Positions 1 to 13,679 are shown, counted from the first letter of the stretch. The stretch is 64,000 nucleotides of DNA from Eledone cirrhosa (GCA_964016885.1 OZ024741.1:108686001-108750000); one strand, 5' to 3'. The notes: generated by a model from the letters alone, not told the origin. Translations and numbers: made by a program.

Positions 1-1110
1 CACTTTCTAGCGTCTTGCCCAATCCATGAGAGCCGTTATTTGATGCAAATAACACGTGATTTGAGTTACTTAACACATCCAGAAAAAAAATTAAAAGCAA
101 ACTTTCGAAAAGCAAACAGAATACACGAGAAATATGAAGCAAGTGATTTGTATAATTAGAAAATTGTTTATTTATATAGGCATTTTTAGGTGAAGTTGTA
201 TTGCAAGGAAGCATATTGTTGGAAGATGGGCCTCCGCGGATTTAAAACAACAGTGCATAGCTAAAACGATAATATATGAATTACGTGTAAATATGAACAT
301 TTTAACGTAATGTTGATATTCATCGAAAATATTTTACTCTCACAAAATTAAATGAGATCAACGCCAATAAAGTCATTTTTAGCATAAAATGACAAGCAAG
401 TGTTGATATATGAACAAAAATATTATAAACCAATGTTGTTAACATCAATGTTCCCGTGTTAACTATAGTGTTTGCTTTTGACAGTGATCGGTCGAATATA
501 TGTATAACAATTAATCGCTAGGGCTCGCGAGAAAAAATGTAAGTGAATCTAGTGGCCATAAGATAATTATTGTAATTCAATCTCGTAATAATTAATTTAC
601 GCGAAGGAGTTTAATTTTTTTGTTTAAGTCTAACACGTACTAGTAGGTATAAGAGATAATTATATAAGGTGGAATACATAATTGGTTGTGATGATGAATT
701 ATAAGGAACCGTAAAATATAATGTACCAAGAATATCAATTCATGTGTTGTAAGGAGTGTCAACATTTTGACAATTTTCATCAACTTCAAATTCTACGCAA
801 ATTTCTCAGTCATATAATAGTGGGAGTCGGTTAATATTACTATTGACTTATATTCAGGTACATATGGTAACTAACTTTCTTACCAAGTTGGTGTTTGGTA
901 CATAACTTACAATTGTAGGGAAGGAATGCCTATTATTATCAGTTCAATCACTTAAGAAATTTAATTAATACGGTATAATTATTAGTAAAGCCTGATTAAT
1001 AAACAATAGGAGTAATATTAGAGGGAAGTAATTGAAAAGGGAATATATTTATAGATTACCATAATACACTAAGCGGGATCATCGTTACTGTAATAGAAAG
1101 AATAAGAAAT

Positions 1111-1195
1111 CCTGAGTAGGCAAGTAGAGGGAGTTTCAGATTTTCTATTTAAGATTGGTAAAGAGGCATTCAGGATAAGGAAGCGAGCTTGACGG
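1111..1195 (-). pseudogene. Possible C-terminal end of a Hydra-type Penelope-like GIY-YIG ORF
   Basis: Minus-strand translation RQARFLILNASLPILNRKSETPSTCLLR resembles the LLNKRSE..xCRH terminus also seen at ~30220 and ~41640; short and degenerate. Confidence 0.3.
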
Positions 1196-1290
1196 ACCAT
1201 ACCAAAATATTAGTGCATATTTCATTCTCATTGACTCTATTGCTATATATATGTGTGTGTGTGTGAGTGTGTGTGTATGTGTGTGTGTGT

Positions 1291-2700
1291 ACTAGCGGTT
1301 ACCCGGTCTGTACTGTGAACAATGGGACATTAGCGAACCACAATTCCTCATTGGTTGTGGTAAGGGAGACACCGTATTTATACCTACAATGCCAACCGAT
1401 GTCCCCTTTCGTTTCAAACGACTGTTATAAAAAAGGCATGATAACTGCAACCTACTTTAATTCAAGGTTGTTTGCTAACATACCGGAATGCTCCAGTCTG
1501 TTAAGAAATTCAACTGGATAATAAGCAGGTTCAACCTCATCGATAGATTGATAGGTCTGGCTACCACCATGGACCATTTGTGACAGATTTTGATGATGGT
1601 ATTCACTGTGAGGTTTTGGGGTGCGAGGATTGCTCTTTCACACAGTCACTCCTCGGTGGAATAGGGGATTTCGAAATTGGGAAACACTTGATTAATTAAG
1701 TTTACAACGCTTTCAACAAACAGGATCAAATCATCATTCTGTACCAAGGGACAATTTGCCTTCACCAAGTTTCAGCAACATTTGAGCATCCTCTGCTAAA
1801 ATGCCGCCACCGTGATCTGTCACCTAAAATGTTGTCATCTAGTAGGGTTTAGCTTGTTTGCTTTAACATAGGAGATAAGACCTTATGTTGTCTGAAATTT
1901 CTCGCACAATTTCATTCCTTAAGTTCTTTAACTAGTTCTGTCAGTGCGAGAAAGGCCTAATAAATGCACATGTTCACCCGTTTCCACCAATTTGTCTTCA
2001 ATCACGATCAAAGTTTTGTTAAATTGTTCGTCTGAAAAAGTTACTTCTATGTCAGTGTTTCTCAACGGACATGTCCCCAGAGTTCAGCCAAGGCGCCGAT
2101 GAATTGGCTTTATCAAAAATTATTAATATAATTGCGAACAATTTTGGAATATTTATGCCTGTGCAAGTGTTACATGCCACTGACTGTAGTCTTCCAAATG
2201 ACCTTTTCATAGATGTTACAAACAGCACCATCCAATTTACCAAGTTCATCAAAGCATTGAGAGTTTTTCATTTCATTAAGAAACATCCTCGAGTGTAAAA
2301 ATTTCTACTGTCCCGAATTTATTGTGTAAATACTACCCTGTGTTGCTGATTTACGAATTTCAGAATGGACTTCTATTAGTCTTCATTGACTTGTCGGTTC
2401 CATTTTACTCTCCGTCCATATAGTAGAGCTCGTGAAAGCTGTCAGTTCTACAAAGTTAAAAATATGCTAGCAAAGTTTACTCTTGGTGCTATGGCTTGTT
2501 AGGCTGGGTTTTGGACTGTAAAATACATTTGTTGTCCATTTCCTAAATGGACATCAATTTTCCAAAGCGTTGGATAATGTGCCTCAAATGGGAATAAAAA
2601 CATGCGCCAGAATGCTTCGTTACTGCTGATATATCGGACGTATTGGAAGTGGAACATCTCCTCGGTTACATTTCGTTGTTGACGTATTTGCACACATATT
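1291..2700 (-). mobile_element. Degenerate Helitron (RepHel) remnant
   Basis: Minus-strand RYISSNEAFWRMFLFPFEAHYPTLWKIDVHLGNGQQMYFT (2499-2693) and YPVEFLNRLEHSGMLANNLELK (~1455-1520); plus-strand LIGCGKGDTVFIPTMPTDVPFRFKRL (~1347-1425). All are typical Helitron Rep/PIF1-helicase motifs; starts at ACTAG after (TG)n. Confidence 0.85.
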
Positions 2701-3022
2701 ATAGAGGTTAACCCCTTACCCCACCTCTTCCTCAGTTTTTAAAAATGATTGCGAGCATGTCACAGGTCAAATTAGTTGAAAATATACGAACAAATCTAGG
2801 AAAATGAATATTTCTTCGCGATTCCCAGTGGGTTCTCCGAGTCTGGGAAAATCCAAGTGTCCCCTCTTGCCCCACCCCATCTGTCTTCGTATAATACGTA
2901 AATAGAGAGTATGTTGGAGGTCAGATTAGTTGAAAATACATGAAAAGCCTTAATCATTACTAATTTTATTTAGTGTTATTAGTGGCCAACGTACAAACTT
3001 TTTATAAGTATAATATTATATA

Positions 3023-3132
<110 letters not shown>

Positions 3133-3234
3133 TACCGTCGGTAACAGCATTTTTGAACAGGTGAATATTTAAATCGTATTTTAATTTATTTAAAAGATTG
3201 TTTAATGCTTGCTTGTCCCGCTCATCTCATTTTT

Positions 3235-3303
<69 letters not shown>

Positions 3304-3449
3304 AAAGAATAGAGGTGTAACACACAAGTTATGATATATTGGTAAACGGAATAGAAAATGTTGACAAATTGTTCACAGTGAAAAATAGTTTAATTAGGAA
3401 TAAGTGATAATTAGTAATAGTATTGGTTAGTATTAAGTTTTGGTTTTAA

Positions 3450-3487
3450 GTTTTACCGGTTGCGCATTTCTAATGCTTTTCAAAAAT
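3450..3487 (-). ncRNA. Degenerate hammerhead ribozyme motif (U3/A8 core variant) in PLE tail
   Basis: Minus: ttt-TTGAAAA-GCATT aga AATGC-GCAA-CCGGTA-aaa; GAAA mutated to GCAA; palindromic ACCGGT stem III. Confidence 0.55.
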
Positions 3488-3853
3488 AATTTTGAGATAG
3501 AGCCTCCGTGATGTTTGCTCTGATCTGATTAGTTTTGGGAATTCTACCTGTTTTTATGTTAAAAAAAGTGGCTCCAGCGGTATTAAAATAAGTTTTGCGC
3601 CAATTCGTGTTGCAAAAATTCTTGTGGTCAAAACAATTTTGATTGGTCGGTAGAGGTCATGTGAATGTAATAAATTGATTTTCCGCCAAATGTAGGTTTG
3701 TGTCGGCTGACTGAGAGATAAGTCTTTCACAACAAATATGTTTGTGTGTGTGTGTGTGTAGTAGTAGTAGTAAAGAGGTTCGTTGTTGTGATAATGGTCA
3801 GCAGGGATGTGTGTGCGAACCGCAGCCTGTTGACAGTTCAAATGCATATTAAG

Positions 3854-3889
<36 letters not shown>

Positions 3890-4254
3890 CAGAGTAATTC
3901 GTGGTAGAGGGATGGTCAGTAGAAATGTGTCTGTAAGTGTGTGGGGGATATTTTAGCATGTTAAAAGATATTTTTTCAGCTCTTGTCTTATACAGAGAAG
4001 TGTGTGTGTGTGTGTGTGTGTATATGTCTCTTTGTATGTTAATGTACGCGTGTGTATGTGTGTGTGTATATATGTGTGTGTGTGTGTGTGTGTGAGAATG
4101 TGTGTGTGTGTGTGGGTGGATCAGTATTTATTTCTGTTAAAATGGTGTACATTATTCGATATTTTCATTAAAATCGATTCTCTCAATAGAACATCAAAAA
4201 CCTTAATAATAAAAGGTGTGAAATGATATATAGTATTGGCATAATACCAAGGTG

Positions 4255-4545
4255 TGTGTGAGTGTGTCCAGATTGTACGTACTGCAAGAGGGATCCATTA
4301 GGCCTTGCCGTATTGGAATACCTGTGCACAAATATGTATCTGGAGTGTGTCCAGAACCTGTATATCCGTGCACAAATTGTATACCTGTGCACAAATTGTA
4401 CACATGTATCTGGAGTGTGTCCAGAAATAGTATACCTGTGCACAAATATGTATCTGGAGTGTGTCCAGATTGTACGTACTGCAAGGGGAATTCATTAGGC
4501 CTTGCCGTATTGGAATACCTGTGCACAAATATGTATGTGCCCATC
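4255..4545. repeat. Nested tandem repeats in PLE 3' UTR
   Basis: ~78-bp block at ~4262 and ~4459 with repeated ATACCTGTGCACAAAT and TCTGGAGTGTGTCCAGA subunits. Confidence 0.8.
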
Positions 4546-4762
4546 AGTGTGCAACGCATGTGTGCATTTATGTATGTGTGTGTGTCGGCACGTTTATATC
4601 TATAGACATCAAAAGGTATGCAAATGTGTGTATATTTGTGTTGCACCATAGAACATGTGTGTTTACGTATGTCATTGTGTTTATATGTGGGTAGAGATGT
4701 ATGCTGATGTAGGTATGTATGTTGACGTGTGTATGTTGTGGGTTCGTCTTAGGGAGAAGTGT

Positions 4763-5289
4763 TTAGACGGGGTCCGTATTTGTTAATAAAGTAAGATTCC
4801 TTGCTGATGCGCGGGTGTGGGTGGCATTATCTTTAAATTTGTAGAGGGGAAAGATTCTGAAATTGGGATGATTTTGGGCGGCACAGGTATCAATGTGTTC
4901 ACTCAGTGGTATTTTCCTGTATTCCCGTATTTTAATTTGGGATCTATGGACAGTGATGCGTTGGCGGAGGCTGTTTTTGGTCTGGCGTATGTATTGTTCT
5001 CGACAACCTGAGCAAGTTAATACATATATTGGTTTTCTGATGCGCATGTGAAATTGTGTTTTACTATAAAACGTTGTCCTTCTTTGAAATAGAATTCAGA
5101 ACCCTCTATTAGGTTGATGCAAATGCCACAGTTGGGTCTATCGCATGTTTTTACTGTGGGTTTCGTTGTTGTGGTTGGCAGTACTTTGGCATGTGTTAGG
5201 TTGTTTTTCATTGACTTAGATTGTCTTTTGCTCTTTATGATATCGTGTGTTGGTAGGATTTGGTTCATTCTATGGTCCTTTTTCAACAC
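4763..5289 (-). pseudogene. PLE Cys-rich linker and GIY-YIG endonuclease (frameshifted)
   Basis: TCDRPNCGIC linker, HNFTC, VLTCSGCREQYIRQT..RQRITVH..LSEHI. Confidence 0.88.
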
Positions 5290-5543
5290 AGGGATGTTCT
5301 GGAGGATGGTGTCAAAGGCCTAAATGTTAAGGGGGTTGTGTGTGGAGATGTATGGAAGAGCTTTTAGTTTCGGTTGATTTACTTTAGGGTGTCTAAGGTC
5401 CTGGGTACTGAGTTTTAGGGTACGTTGGATTCCATTGTCAATTAGTGATGCAGGGTAGTCCCTGCCTATGAGTGTGTCCTTTAGTTCTTGTAGCCGTAAG
5501 TAGCAGGTGTTTTTATTGGAGACTATAGTACAGATTCTCTTGG

Positions 5544-6869
5544 CTAAGTTGTAGGGAATATTAATTTTAACGTGTCTAGGGTGGCAAGAGTTTGCAAAGG
5601 AAGATATTGCTTGGAGTCTGTGGGCTTGTAGTATATGTCTGTTTCTATTTTTTTGTTATGGATCTTAATGAGGATGTCGAGGAAGGAGAGTTGTTGATGG
5701 CTGTATTCCATCGTGAAGTTAATATTCGTGTTGAACCCATTTATAAGGGTGTGACATTTTTTAAGTTTCTCGATGTTTTCGTGCCAAAGGATGAAGAAGT
5801 CATCTAGATATCGCTTCCAGTTCCTTTCTATGTGTAAGTGGAGAGTGTTTCCAAATTTGTTTAGGACTTTAGTGTAGAGGTTGAATTCCAGGTATCCCAT
5901 GACTAGGTTGGCATAAGTGTGGGCTGTTTTCGTTCCCATAGCGGTCCCAGATTTCTGCCTGTAGGGTTTGTTATTGAAAACGAAGTAATTGTTCTCCAAA
6001 ATAAATTTGGGTCCCTCTATCACGAATTCTTTTTTGATGCGTTGTGGGAGTTCATTGTGGTAATTATCCAGCCAGAATTGGATAGCTTCTATTCCTAGGT
6101 TGTGGGGGATGTTGGAGTATAGGTTGACTACATCGAACGTCACTAGTCGGGTTTGTTCAGAAAGTGGACTATTAGGGAGGTGATTGAGCATATCTAGGTC
6201 GTCCCTTATATAGCTTTTGATGTGTTTGAGAAAAGGCTTGAGAAGGGTATCAATGAAGTTGCTGAGGCGGTAGGTTTCGCAAGCGGGGCCTGCTATTATA
6301 GGTCTTAATTTGAGATCATTGGGTGAGGGGAGATTGATGACTGTGTCTGTGGCTTCCTTGCATGCCTTACTTATTAATTCGCTTTTATGTACTTTAGGGA
6401 TACCGTAGAAAAGGCTGGATTTACTTGTGAAGTCTGTGATGAAGCTGAATTCGTTGTTAGTGAGTCCTTCTTTGTATTGGTTGATCAGTGTTTTTAGGTT
6501 TCTCATAATTTTCTGTTGATTGTAGTGTTCAGCCTTTTCGTAGTATGTTTCGTTTCCCAAAGTGGAGAGCGCTAAGTTGATATAGAATTCTGTCTCCATT
6601 AGAACTGCTGTACTCCCTTTATCAGCCTCTTTAATTGTAATGGTTCTGTCGGTTTTTAATCTATTTAATTCTTCCCATTCTTTCTTGTTGAGGTTTGGCT
6701 TGTGTTTTTGTCTGTGCAAGTGTTGGTAAGGGAAGTTTGTGATGTGTTCACAGAATTCGTCCAGGATTTTATTTCTATCATTTGATGGGGTGTAATTGCT
6801 TCTATTTCTGGCTAATAGTTGTTCACTGAGTCGTAACTTTCTACAGAAGTCTGTGACGTCTTCCTTCAT
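5544..6869 (-). pseudogene. PLE reverse transcriptase (frameshifted at the C-terminus)
   Basis: ADKG, FYGIPKVHK, RPIIAG, TFDVVNLYSNIPH, QKSGTAMGT, WKRYLDD, LSFLDI, YYKPTD motifs. Confidence 0.95.
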
Positions 6870-7941
6870 TTCATAGTAGTTAGGACGTAGTCTTGTGTTA
6901 TTTTGTTTGCCTGTATCTGTGTGCTGTGTCTAAAAAATGGTTGGGGTAGAGGGGTTGTCTGCTGATGCTAAGTGGTCTCCTGTGTTTGTTATATTCCTTG
7001 TCGTTGTAAAATGTGGTTCGGGTTGGTGGTTGTAGATTGAATGGGGTGTTCCTGTACTGCGAGTATGGGTGTGTGTTTCTATGTGCCATGTTGGATTGTG
7101 GTGTTATAGGTGGCCTACGTTGTTGGTTGTATCGTGTGGTGTGGGTTTGTTGTGTATCGTGGAAGCGAGAGTTGAGAAAACGGAAATTACCTTGCTGTCC
7201 CCTTGAAGCGGGGAAGTTGTTACATCTATCACGGTGGTGGTATATTTTCCCTATGTTTGACGATGAGGCATCTGCGTAGTAGTTGATGGATTTGATATGG
7301 TGTCTCCTTGAAGGGGGAAAAGTTGTAAATGTCATTCTGGGGGAGATGATTTCTAGGGTTGTTGTTCCTTCTTATGGTAGCGAGGTTGGGAAGTTCATCT
7401 TCGGTGTGGTGCTTCCTTCTTCGTTTGTTAGTGGCTTGGGGGTTTGCGAAGTTGTTGTGCGGTTCGGTTATGGGTTTTCCTATTTTTATGAACGGGTTAT
7501 TGGAGGTGTAATTCGTTTAAAAAGTCGATTCATAGTGTAGGAACCAAGCGGCACTTTTTTCCCAGCGTTGAAGGGATTTCAGTTCTTTTCTGTTGCAGTC
7601 CCCTTTCCATAATTTGGAGATCTTCTCTACCTTGGCGCCTTCAGTTTTATTGTTGATTTCCAGGAGGATCTCTTCATCGATGGTTTTGATTTTTTCCTCA
7701 TTTGTCTGTGCCCTCAGTTTAAGAAGTTCATTTTCTGTCTTCATTTTTTTCCAATGCCATTCTTTCCCTAAGGTGTCTTTGAGGTTCGAGTTCATTTGGA
7801 ATGGACTTTATTTGTATTTTACCGGTAAAACTTAAAACCAAAACTTAATACTAACCAATACTATTACTAATTATCACTTATTCCTAATTAAACTATTTTT
7901 CACTGTGAACAATTTGTCAGCATTTTCTATTCCGTTTACCA

Positions 7942-8012
<71 letters not shown>

Positions 8013-8664
8013 TGTGTATGTGTGTGTGTGTGTGTGTGTGTGCGTGTGTGTGTATACCAAAACGGTATAGTTTATATAGAGCATTGTGAGATATGCAGTA
8101 AATAATAAAGAATGTTTTGGGAAAGTCGGTAGATTGTGGATATAAAGATGCAACTGGGTAAAAAGGACTACGGACTACAAAATAAAACAAAATAATGTAG
8201 ATCGTTAGAACGATCGAAACTTTTGATATTAACGGTGGAATCCAATAAGAATCGAAATTGACATGCATTCTGTAATTTCTGTTTTGAGGTGAGGGTGCTG
8301 AATCCTTCTAACAAATATATCCTACCTTTCGTTTGTTTTTAGAATTTGGGTGTTTAGAAACTAAGGTGCAAGTGGCACTATACAAGCTAGCAGCACATAT
8401 CAATTCCATTGCTCATGCCATTCTAAACAAATCATATACTACACTAATAGCCCCAAACCAACAGCTTGTTAACTAATTAAGAAATTATTCTAAAATACAC
8501 TCCCAGCACCATAAACACACATCAACACTGCTTTTGCTGCAGCAACAAAATTAACACATCTGTTCTTCAACAAGCTAAACCCTCGTTCTACATACCACAA
8601 GTACGGAATGTTAAACTTAATCCTATACAAACAAAGAACTAGCAAGTAAAGAACAATGTATACA

Positions 8665-8750
<86 letters not shown>

Positions 8751-8934
8751 CATATGTGTGTGTGTGTGCATATATATATATTTACATGAAAATTGAATTG
8801 CCTTCCGAAGTGAAACAAAATGCTAAAGACTACGCTCTTTGCTGAGGTATTGAGCACATTGTTTTCATGCTATAATACACACATACACATTATGCATAAT
8901 ACCTCAACCAATACACACGCATGTATATATACAG

Positions 8935-8968
<34 letters not shown>

Positions 8969-9171
8969 CGTTTCTGAATTTGTTTAGCAAGATTCTTTAT
9001 CTGAAAGCGTGTGTTGAAACCGATATTGTTATACTTTGGGAGGGTCATGTTGCCAATAAGAAACACACGCACCATTGTTTTCACTTTAATTTATTATAAT
9101 AAATTTATAAATTTAGGAATTTATAAATTTCCGGTTGGTTGGTTCCACAACCAGATGGTTGTTTATATATT

Positions 9172-9214
9172 GTCAAAGTTCTTTCGTCACACATTATGTG
9201 ACCTCTTCAGTGAC
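9172..9214 (-). ncRNA. Type I hammerhead ribozyme motif
   Basis: GTCA-CTGAAGA-gGTCACAtaatgTGTGAC-GAAA-GAACTT-TGAC; stem I GTCA/TGAC; homologue at ~57700-57742. Confidence 0.7.
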
Positions 9215-9416
9215 GGGGTATTCTTTTCTTTGTTTTTTGTGCTTCTCCTTTATTCTATCCTACGCCATCTTGTTTGTGTGTGTGTGTTGTGTGCTTACTT
9301 TGCGCATGTGTTACATCCGGGTGTCTGTGTGTGTTTATATTCGTTTGTTTATTTGTTTATATACATGTTACTGGTTGGTTGTTTGTTCTATGTGCGTGTG
9401 TGTTTTCATTTTGTCC

Positions 9417-9850
9417 TTAATTGTAAGTTGTGATGTTGCTGTTCCACTCATGTTTTCTATTTAATTTTGGTTGTAATTCATTTATGTTTATTGCCTCTGT
9501 GATTTGTCTAAACATTGCGTCTTTTCTGTGTGTAGATTCTATTTTTATTTCTATGTTCTCTAATTTACCCTTATGTACTATTTTAGTATGTTGGTAGAGT
9601 ACAGATGATTCTTTACTATCTTGAAGGTCTCGCCAGTGTTCATTTATCTGTTCCCCTATACTACGAGCTGTCTCACCAATGTACACTATATTTTTATCTT
9701 TACATTGTCCTTCAGTACATCTTATGCTATATACTACATTTCTAGTTTTACAGTTAATATGGGGGCTTAATTTACAGATTATACATTTGTTATCTATACA
9801 GGGAATTCTTTGAAAAGGGTATGTCTTGCTAATAAGTGTTTTATGGAGGT
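9417..9850 (-). pseudogene. PLE GIY-YIG endonuclease fragment
   Basis: CIIC..NCKTRNVVYSIRC..C..YIGETARSIGEQINEH..RQITEAINI..LNRKHEW. Confidence 0.88.
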
Positions 9851-10230
9851 ACCTAGTCTGTCTACTATCTTAATATTGAGTTTATGTTTATCTAGGGCCC
9901 TTCTAAATTTGTAAGCTAATTCACCTCTAGGGTTTGTATCGATGAACATTAAACTCTGGTATTTATTGCTACCATACCATGAATTTATTCTATTAGCCTT
10001 ATTCCTAGTTCTTTCTATTCTATTCCAAAATTTGGTCCTAAATTTATAAATGTATTATAAGAAATTGAAGTGAAAGCAACCGGTGAGTGTGTTTCTTATT
10101 GGGCCCTCCCAAATTATACCAATATATATATATATATATATAAAATTGAGATAAGCGGAACAAGTAAAATTCAAACAATCTTTCAAAATAAATTCAAAAA
10201 GTATAATTTAAATATTTACGTATCCATATT

Positions 10231-10308
10231 GTTTTTACCGACGGTTTCACCTCACAAAAGATTGGAAACCCGACGGACTTCCAATGGAAAGTTCGGCTCT
10301 TCAGAAAG
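10231..10308 (-). ncRNA. Hammerhead motif with extended stem II in a PLE-type tail (10141-~10460)
   Basis: ttt-CTGAAGA-GCC..ATTGGAAG TCCG t CGGG TTTCCAAT..GGT-GAAA-CCGTCGGTA-aaa. Confidence 0.7.
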
Positions 10309-10497
10309 CATTTTCCCTTATATAAGACATAAAGTCCCACAGCCAGCAAATATATTGCTTCAGCCAGCTAGTGCAGAATCGAATGGGGCCGTAAAGTGAA
10401 CTACACGTGAACTGGTCGTTAGTAGAAGCGGGAGTAGCATCGACGTGTTGTCTGCACACCACTAAATATGGCAGCTAGGTAAATAACGGACATTTAA

Positions 10498-12630
10498 GGG
10501 GGATAACAGATAATTTCAGGCCCATAACTCTGCTAAACACAGAGTTCAAGATTTTGGCCAAGGTGTAGCAAAGAGGTTGGCGCTTGTCGTTGGTGGTCTG
10601 GTGGGAGAGGCGCAGACATGCGCCATTCCCGACAGATCCATCCACGACAACCTCCACCTCATGCGATACATCGTAGAGAGAGTAGCTAGGGATCTTGCAC
10701 GAGTGGGTCCTTGATCAATTTAGATCAGTCGAAAGCTTTCGAGAGGGCCGACCATCGTTACCTAGAGGTAGTCCTAAGGGTGGCTGGTTTTGGCCCCGTC
10801 TTCAGAGGCTGGATCGCTGCCATGCAGAGCGACATCTACTCTGTGGTGAGAGTGAACGGTCACCTTTCGGAACTGTTCAACATCATGCGCTCGGTCCGCC
10901 AAGGATGTCCCCTCTCGTCCCTCTTGTACGTATTGACTATCGAGCAATTACTGCACAAACTGGAGACGTTGAGGGGGTCCCGCGCGAATCAGGAAGCGGA
11001 AGATCCGTGTCAGCATATGCGGACGATGTCACCGTAGTGGTGTCGAACGCAAATTACATCGAGGCGATCGGCACTACACTAAGAGAATACGAAGCGGTGA
11101 CAGGAGCAATGATCAACCAGGAAAAGTCAGTGGGCCTGCAGCTCGGCACCTGGAAAGGCAGGTCCATGCTGTCCAACAGCTTCGTCGGGCGCTGGACCGA
11201 CGGACCGGATAAATTGCTAGGGGTCTGGTTCGGTCCGAACCTCCAGACGGACAACAACTGGGACGAGGTGACGAGCAGAGTGGTTTCTCTCACACAGAAA
11301 TGGGCGGAGAGGAAGCTATCCCTGAAAGGTCGAGCGGAGGTGGCTAACGCGTACATCGCGTCCGTCATCTACTACCGCCTGACCGTTGTACCTTGTCCCA
11401 AGCCCCGCCTGACCGCGCTGGAGCGTTTGCTCTTTCGCTTTTTGTGGAAGCGACGCGCTCCGATGGTCAGGCGGTCCATCTGCTGTCAACACCCGCTACG
11501 TGGAGGGCTGGGTATGCCGTGGCTGATGATGCGCAGACACGCGCTCAGGCTACGACATCTACACCTCTTCCTCGACGGTGATCAGGTGTGGTCGCCGTTT
11601 GCTAGACGCGTCTTTCTCCAGCTCGTTTCCATGACGGAGCTGCAGTCCTGGGTCAAACGAAGACTGAGAGAGAGCGCTTGGAGACTGGAATGTCTTCAGG
11701 CGCTCACAGCCCTTGACCACTCGGGCACTGTGATCGGTGGAAACTCCACCTCAGCGTTCTATAGAGGATTAGTGGAGGGGAAGAGCGACGACGTACTTGG
11801 GGAAACTCTAGGCGTCGACGAAAATCAACTAGCCAATCTCTTCGGAAGAGCTTTCGGGCCGGGGCCTATGGACAACCTACAGAAATCCCTGGCCTGGCAG
11901 TGCTACCGAGGAGCTTTGCCAGTTCGGGACAAACTCTACAGGCATGGAGGTGCCGTCAGCCGGGCATGTCCGAGATGCGTGCAGGGCGACGAAACCGTCC
12001 TGCATGCACTCGTCCAATGTCCGAGCATTGCTGACTTGTGTGTTTATGTCGAACACCTGCTGTCGCGTGTAGGACGGATCCGGCTATCAGCTGAGTCCAT
12101 CGTGAGATTGCCCCGCCCTCTTCCTTTAGCCGGGAAGGGCAGGCAGTTTTTATCTGTCTGGTGGCCATGGCGAAAGAGATAATATGGTGGACACGTTTGA
12201 AAGGGCTGAAGACGAGTACTTACCTATTCGGTGATGCCCTGATTAACCTTTTCAAATTTCATTTGAAAAGGAAAATCAGGGTAGAGAGGGAACTGCTCTC
12301 TTCCCAGCATTTTGTTGAAAGATGGGTGAGAGAGGCAAGAATGGCCCGAGTGAATGGGCCTACTCTGAGTATGTGTCTGTAAATTAAAGGTGGAAAGCTG
12401 GGAGAGGGCACTTGCCCTGGTGGTCAGGGCCACTGTGGCCTTTTAATGGGCTTTCTCCACAAATGTCCCTCGGAAGTCTCCCCCCTATTGGGGAATTTTT
12501 CATTGTTATTTTTTGTTACATCCTCTGTTTTTGTTTTTACACGCAGAAATGCCCATTTGTACCGTCCTGTATTGTCCTGTACTGTCCTTAATTTCTACTT
12601 TATGTAAACCCTTGTGGTTAATAAAGAAAG
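10498..12630 (+). mobile_element. 5'-truncated L1/Tx1-clade LINE (RT and C-terminal Zn finger, frameshifted)
   Basis: NFRPITLLN, LDQSKAF, SVRQGCPLS, SAYADD, RGGLG, CPRC..ETVLHALVQC; 3' AATAAA then (TTA)n; homologous to 17680-19820. Confidence 0.93.
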
Positions 12631-12659
12631 TATTATTATTATTATTATTATTGTTATTT

Positions 12660-12750
12660 TAATTTGCCTTTCATCCTTACGGGGTCGATAAAATAAAGTA
12701 CCAGTAATACACTGGGTAATTGCTGGCCTTGTGCCTAAAGTAGAAATAAT
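12660..12750 (+). mobile_element. SINE fragment (TTGCCTTTCATCCTT..GGGGTCGATAAAAT family)
   Basis: Same core recurs at ~13680-13800, 30600-30732, 33285-33890 and 51090-51300. Confidence 0.75.
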
Positions 12751-13679
12751 TATTATCATTATATTTATAAAGTACCGGCGCTACCATATAGCCAAATTTG
12801 CCGACGCCTCGAGCTCATTTCAACAACAATTTTGCAAAATAAATAAATAAATTTTAGTTTTATTGAGGGTCGCTTTTTATCGTGGTTTATTTTATACAGG
12901 GACAAATAATCGGCTAGATTCAGTCTGACCAGAACATAAAAAAATCGTGCGTATACGCTCGTATACGAAATGTGATTTGGAATTGTCTTTCTGTCTGCAT
13001 TTATCCCTCAGTCAAATTTGGTTTCAGGAGTATTAGCTGGAACAGTGGAAGCATTTCTGAATGGCGAGTTGGGGGTGTTTGGACAATCTAATTGTAGTTA
13101 TTTGTTTAGCTCTTTGCACTCTAAAATGATCAGAAAAATTCGATATGCGATAAACATAATATGTACATAAATTCTAGCGCATATCCAATTAGATGTGTGT
13201 TTTGGTAGTTTGGGGAGAAAATATAACTATTGGAGGGGGTGGGGTGCATGCCGCACCCCCACTTTCACCGCCACTGTGTATATATATAATTTTTAAAATT
13301 ATGCTCTGTGCCCTTTCCACTCTTGTCTGGTAAATACGCAGGTGAGACTCCAGAGTAACAAGGCTTAGCCATAATAAATGAATATTTAAACTCTACTTCG
13401 GTATTGAGTTTTCATTCTTACGCCCGTCAATTACTCACGTACTCTCAGGTCTTGAATAGTCGTCCCAACCCCACATTTATTAATTTGTGAGATTCCCCAC
13501 TCACGGTTTTTATCCCCCCCCCCACACACACACACGCACACACACACTCTCGCTTATCAAATTTTGCTAATCTATCTCCGGCGAAATTTTATTGTAAGTG
13601 ATTCATATTGATACAGCAGCTGGAGAATGTAATAATTATTTTATTTTATATTAATAAGAAACATTATATATAGCCCCTT

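Larger units (their letters stand above)
3300..7945 (-). mobile_element. Penelope-like retroelement (Neptune-type), 5'-truncated, with inverted terminal tail copy
   Basis: RT plus C-terminal GIY-YIG on the minus strand; 3334-3460 is the reverse complement of 7821-7945; (TA)n at both ends. Confidence 0.93.
8965..10125 (-). mobile_element. 5'-truncated PLE with inverted tail copy
   Basis: GIY-YIG remnant ~9417-9850; 9025-9117 inverted at 10037-10125; (TA)n on both sides. Confidence 0.9.

Noticed and set aside
4255-4545. CRISPR-like spaced repeats
   Set aside because: Eukaryotic context, spacers are themselves repeated, no cas genes; lies within a PLE 3' UTR
3334-7945. Reading the 125-bp inverted ends as DNA-transposon TIRs, or the palindromes as MITEs
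   Set aside because: The internal ORF is RT plus GIY-YIG, the arms are asymmetric and HHR-bearing, and junctions vary within families
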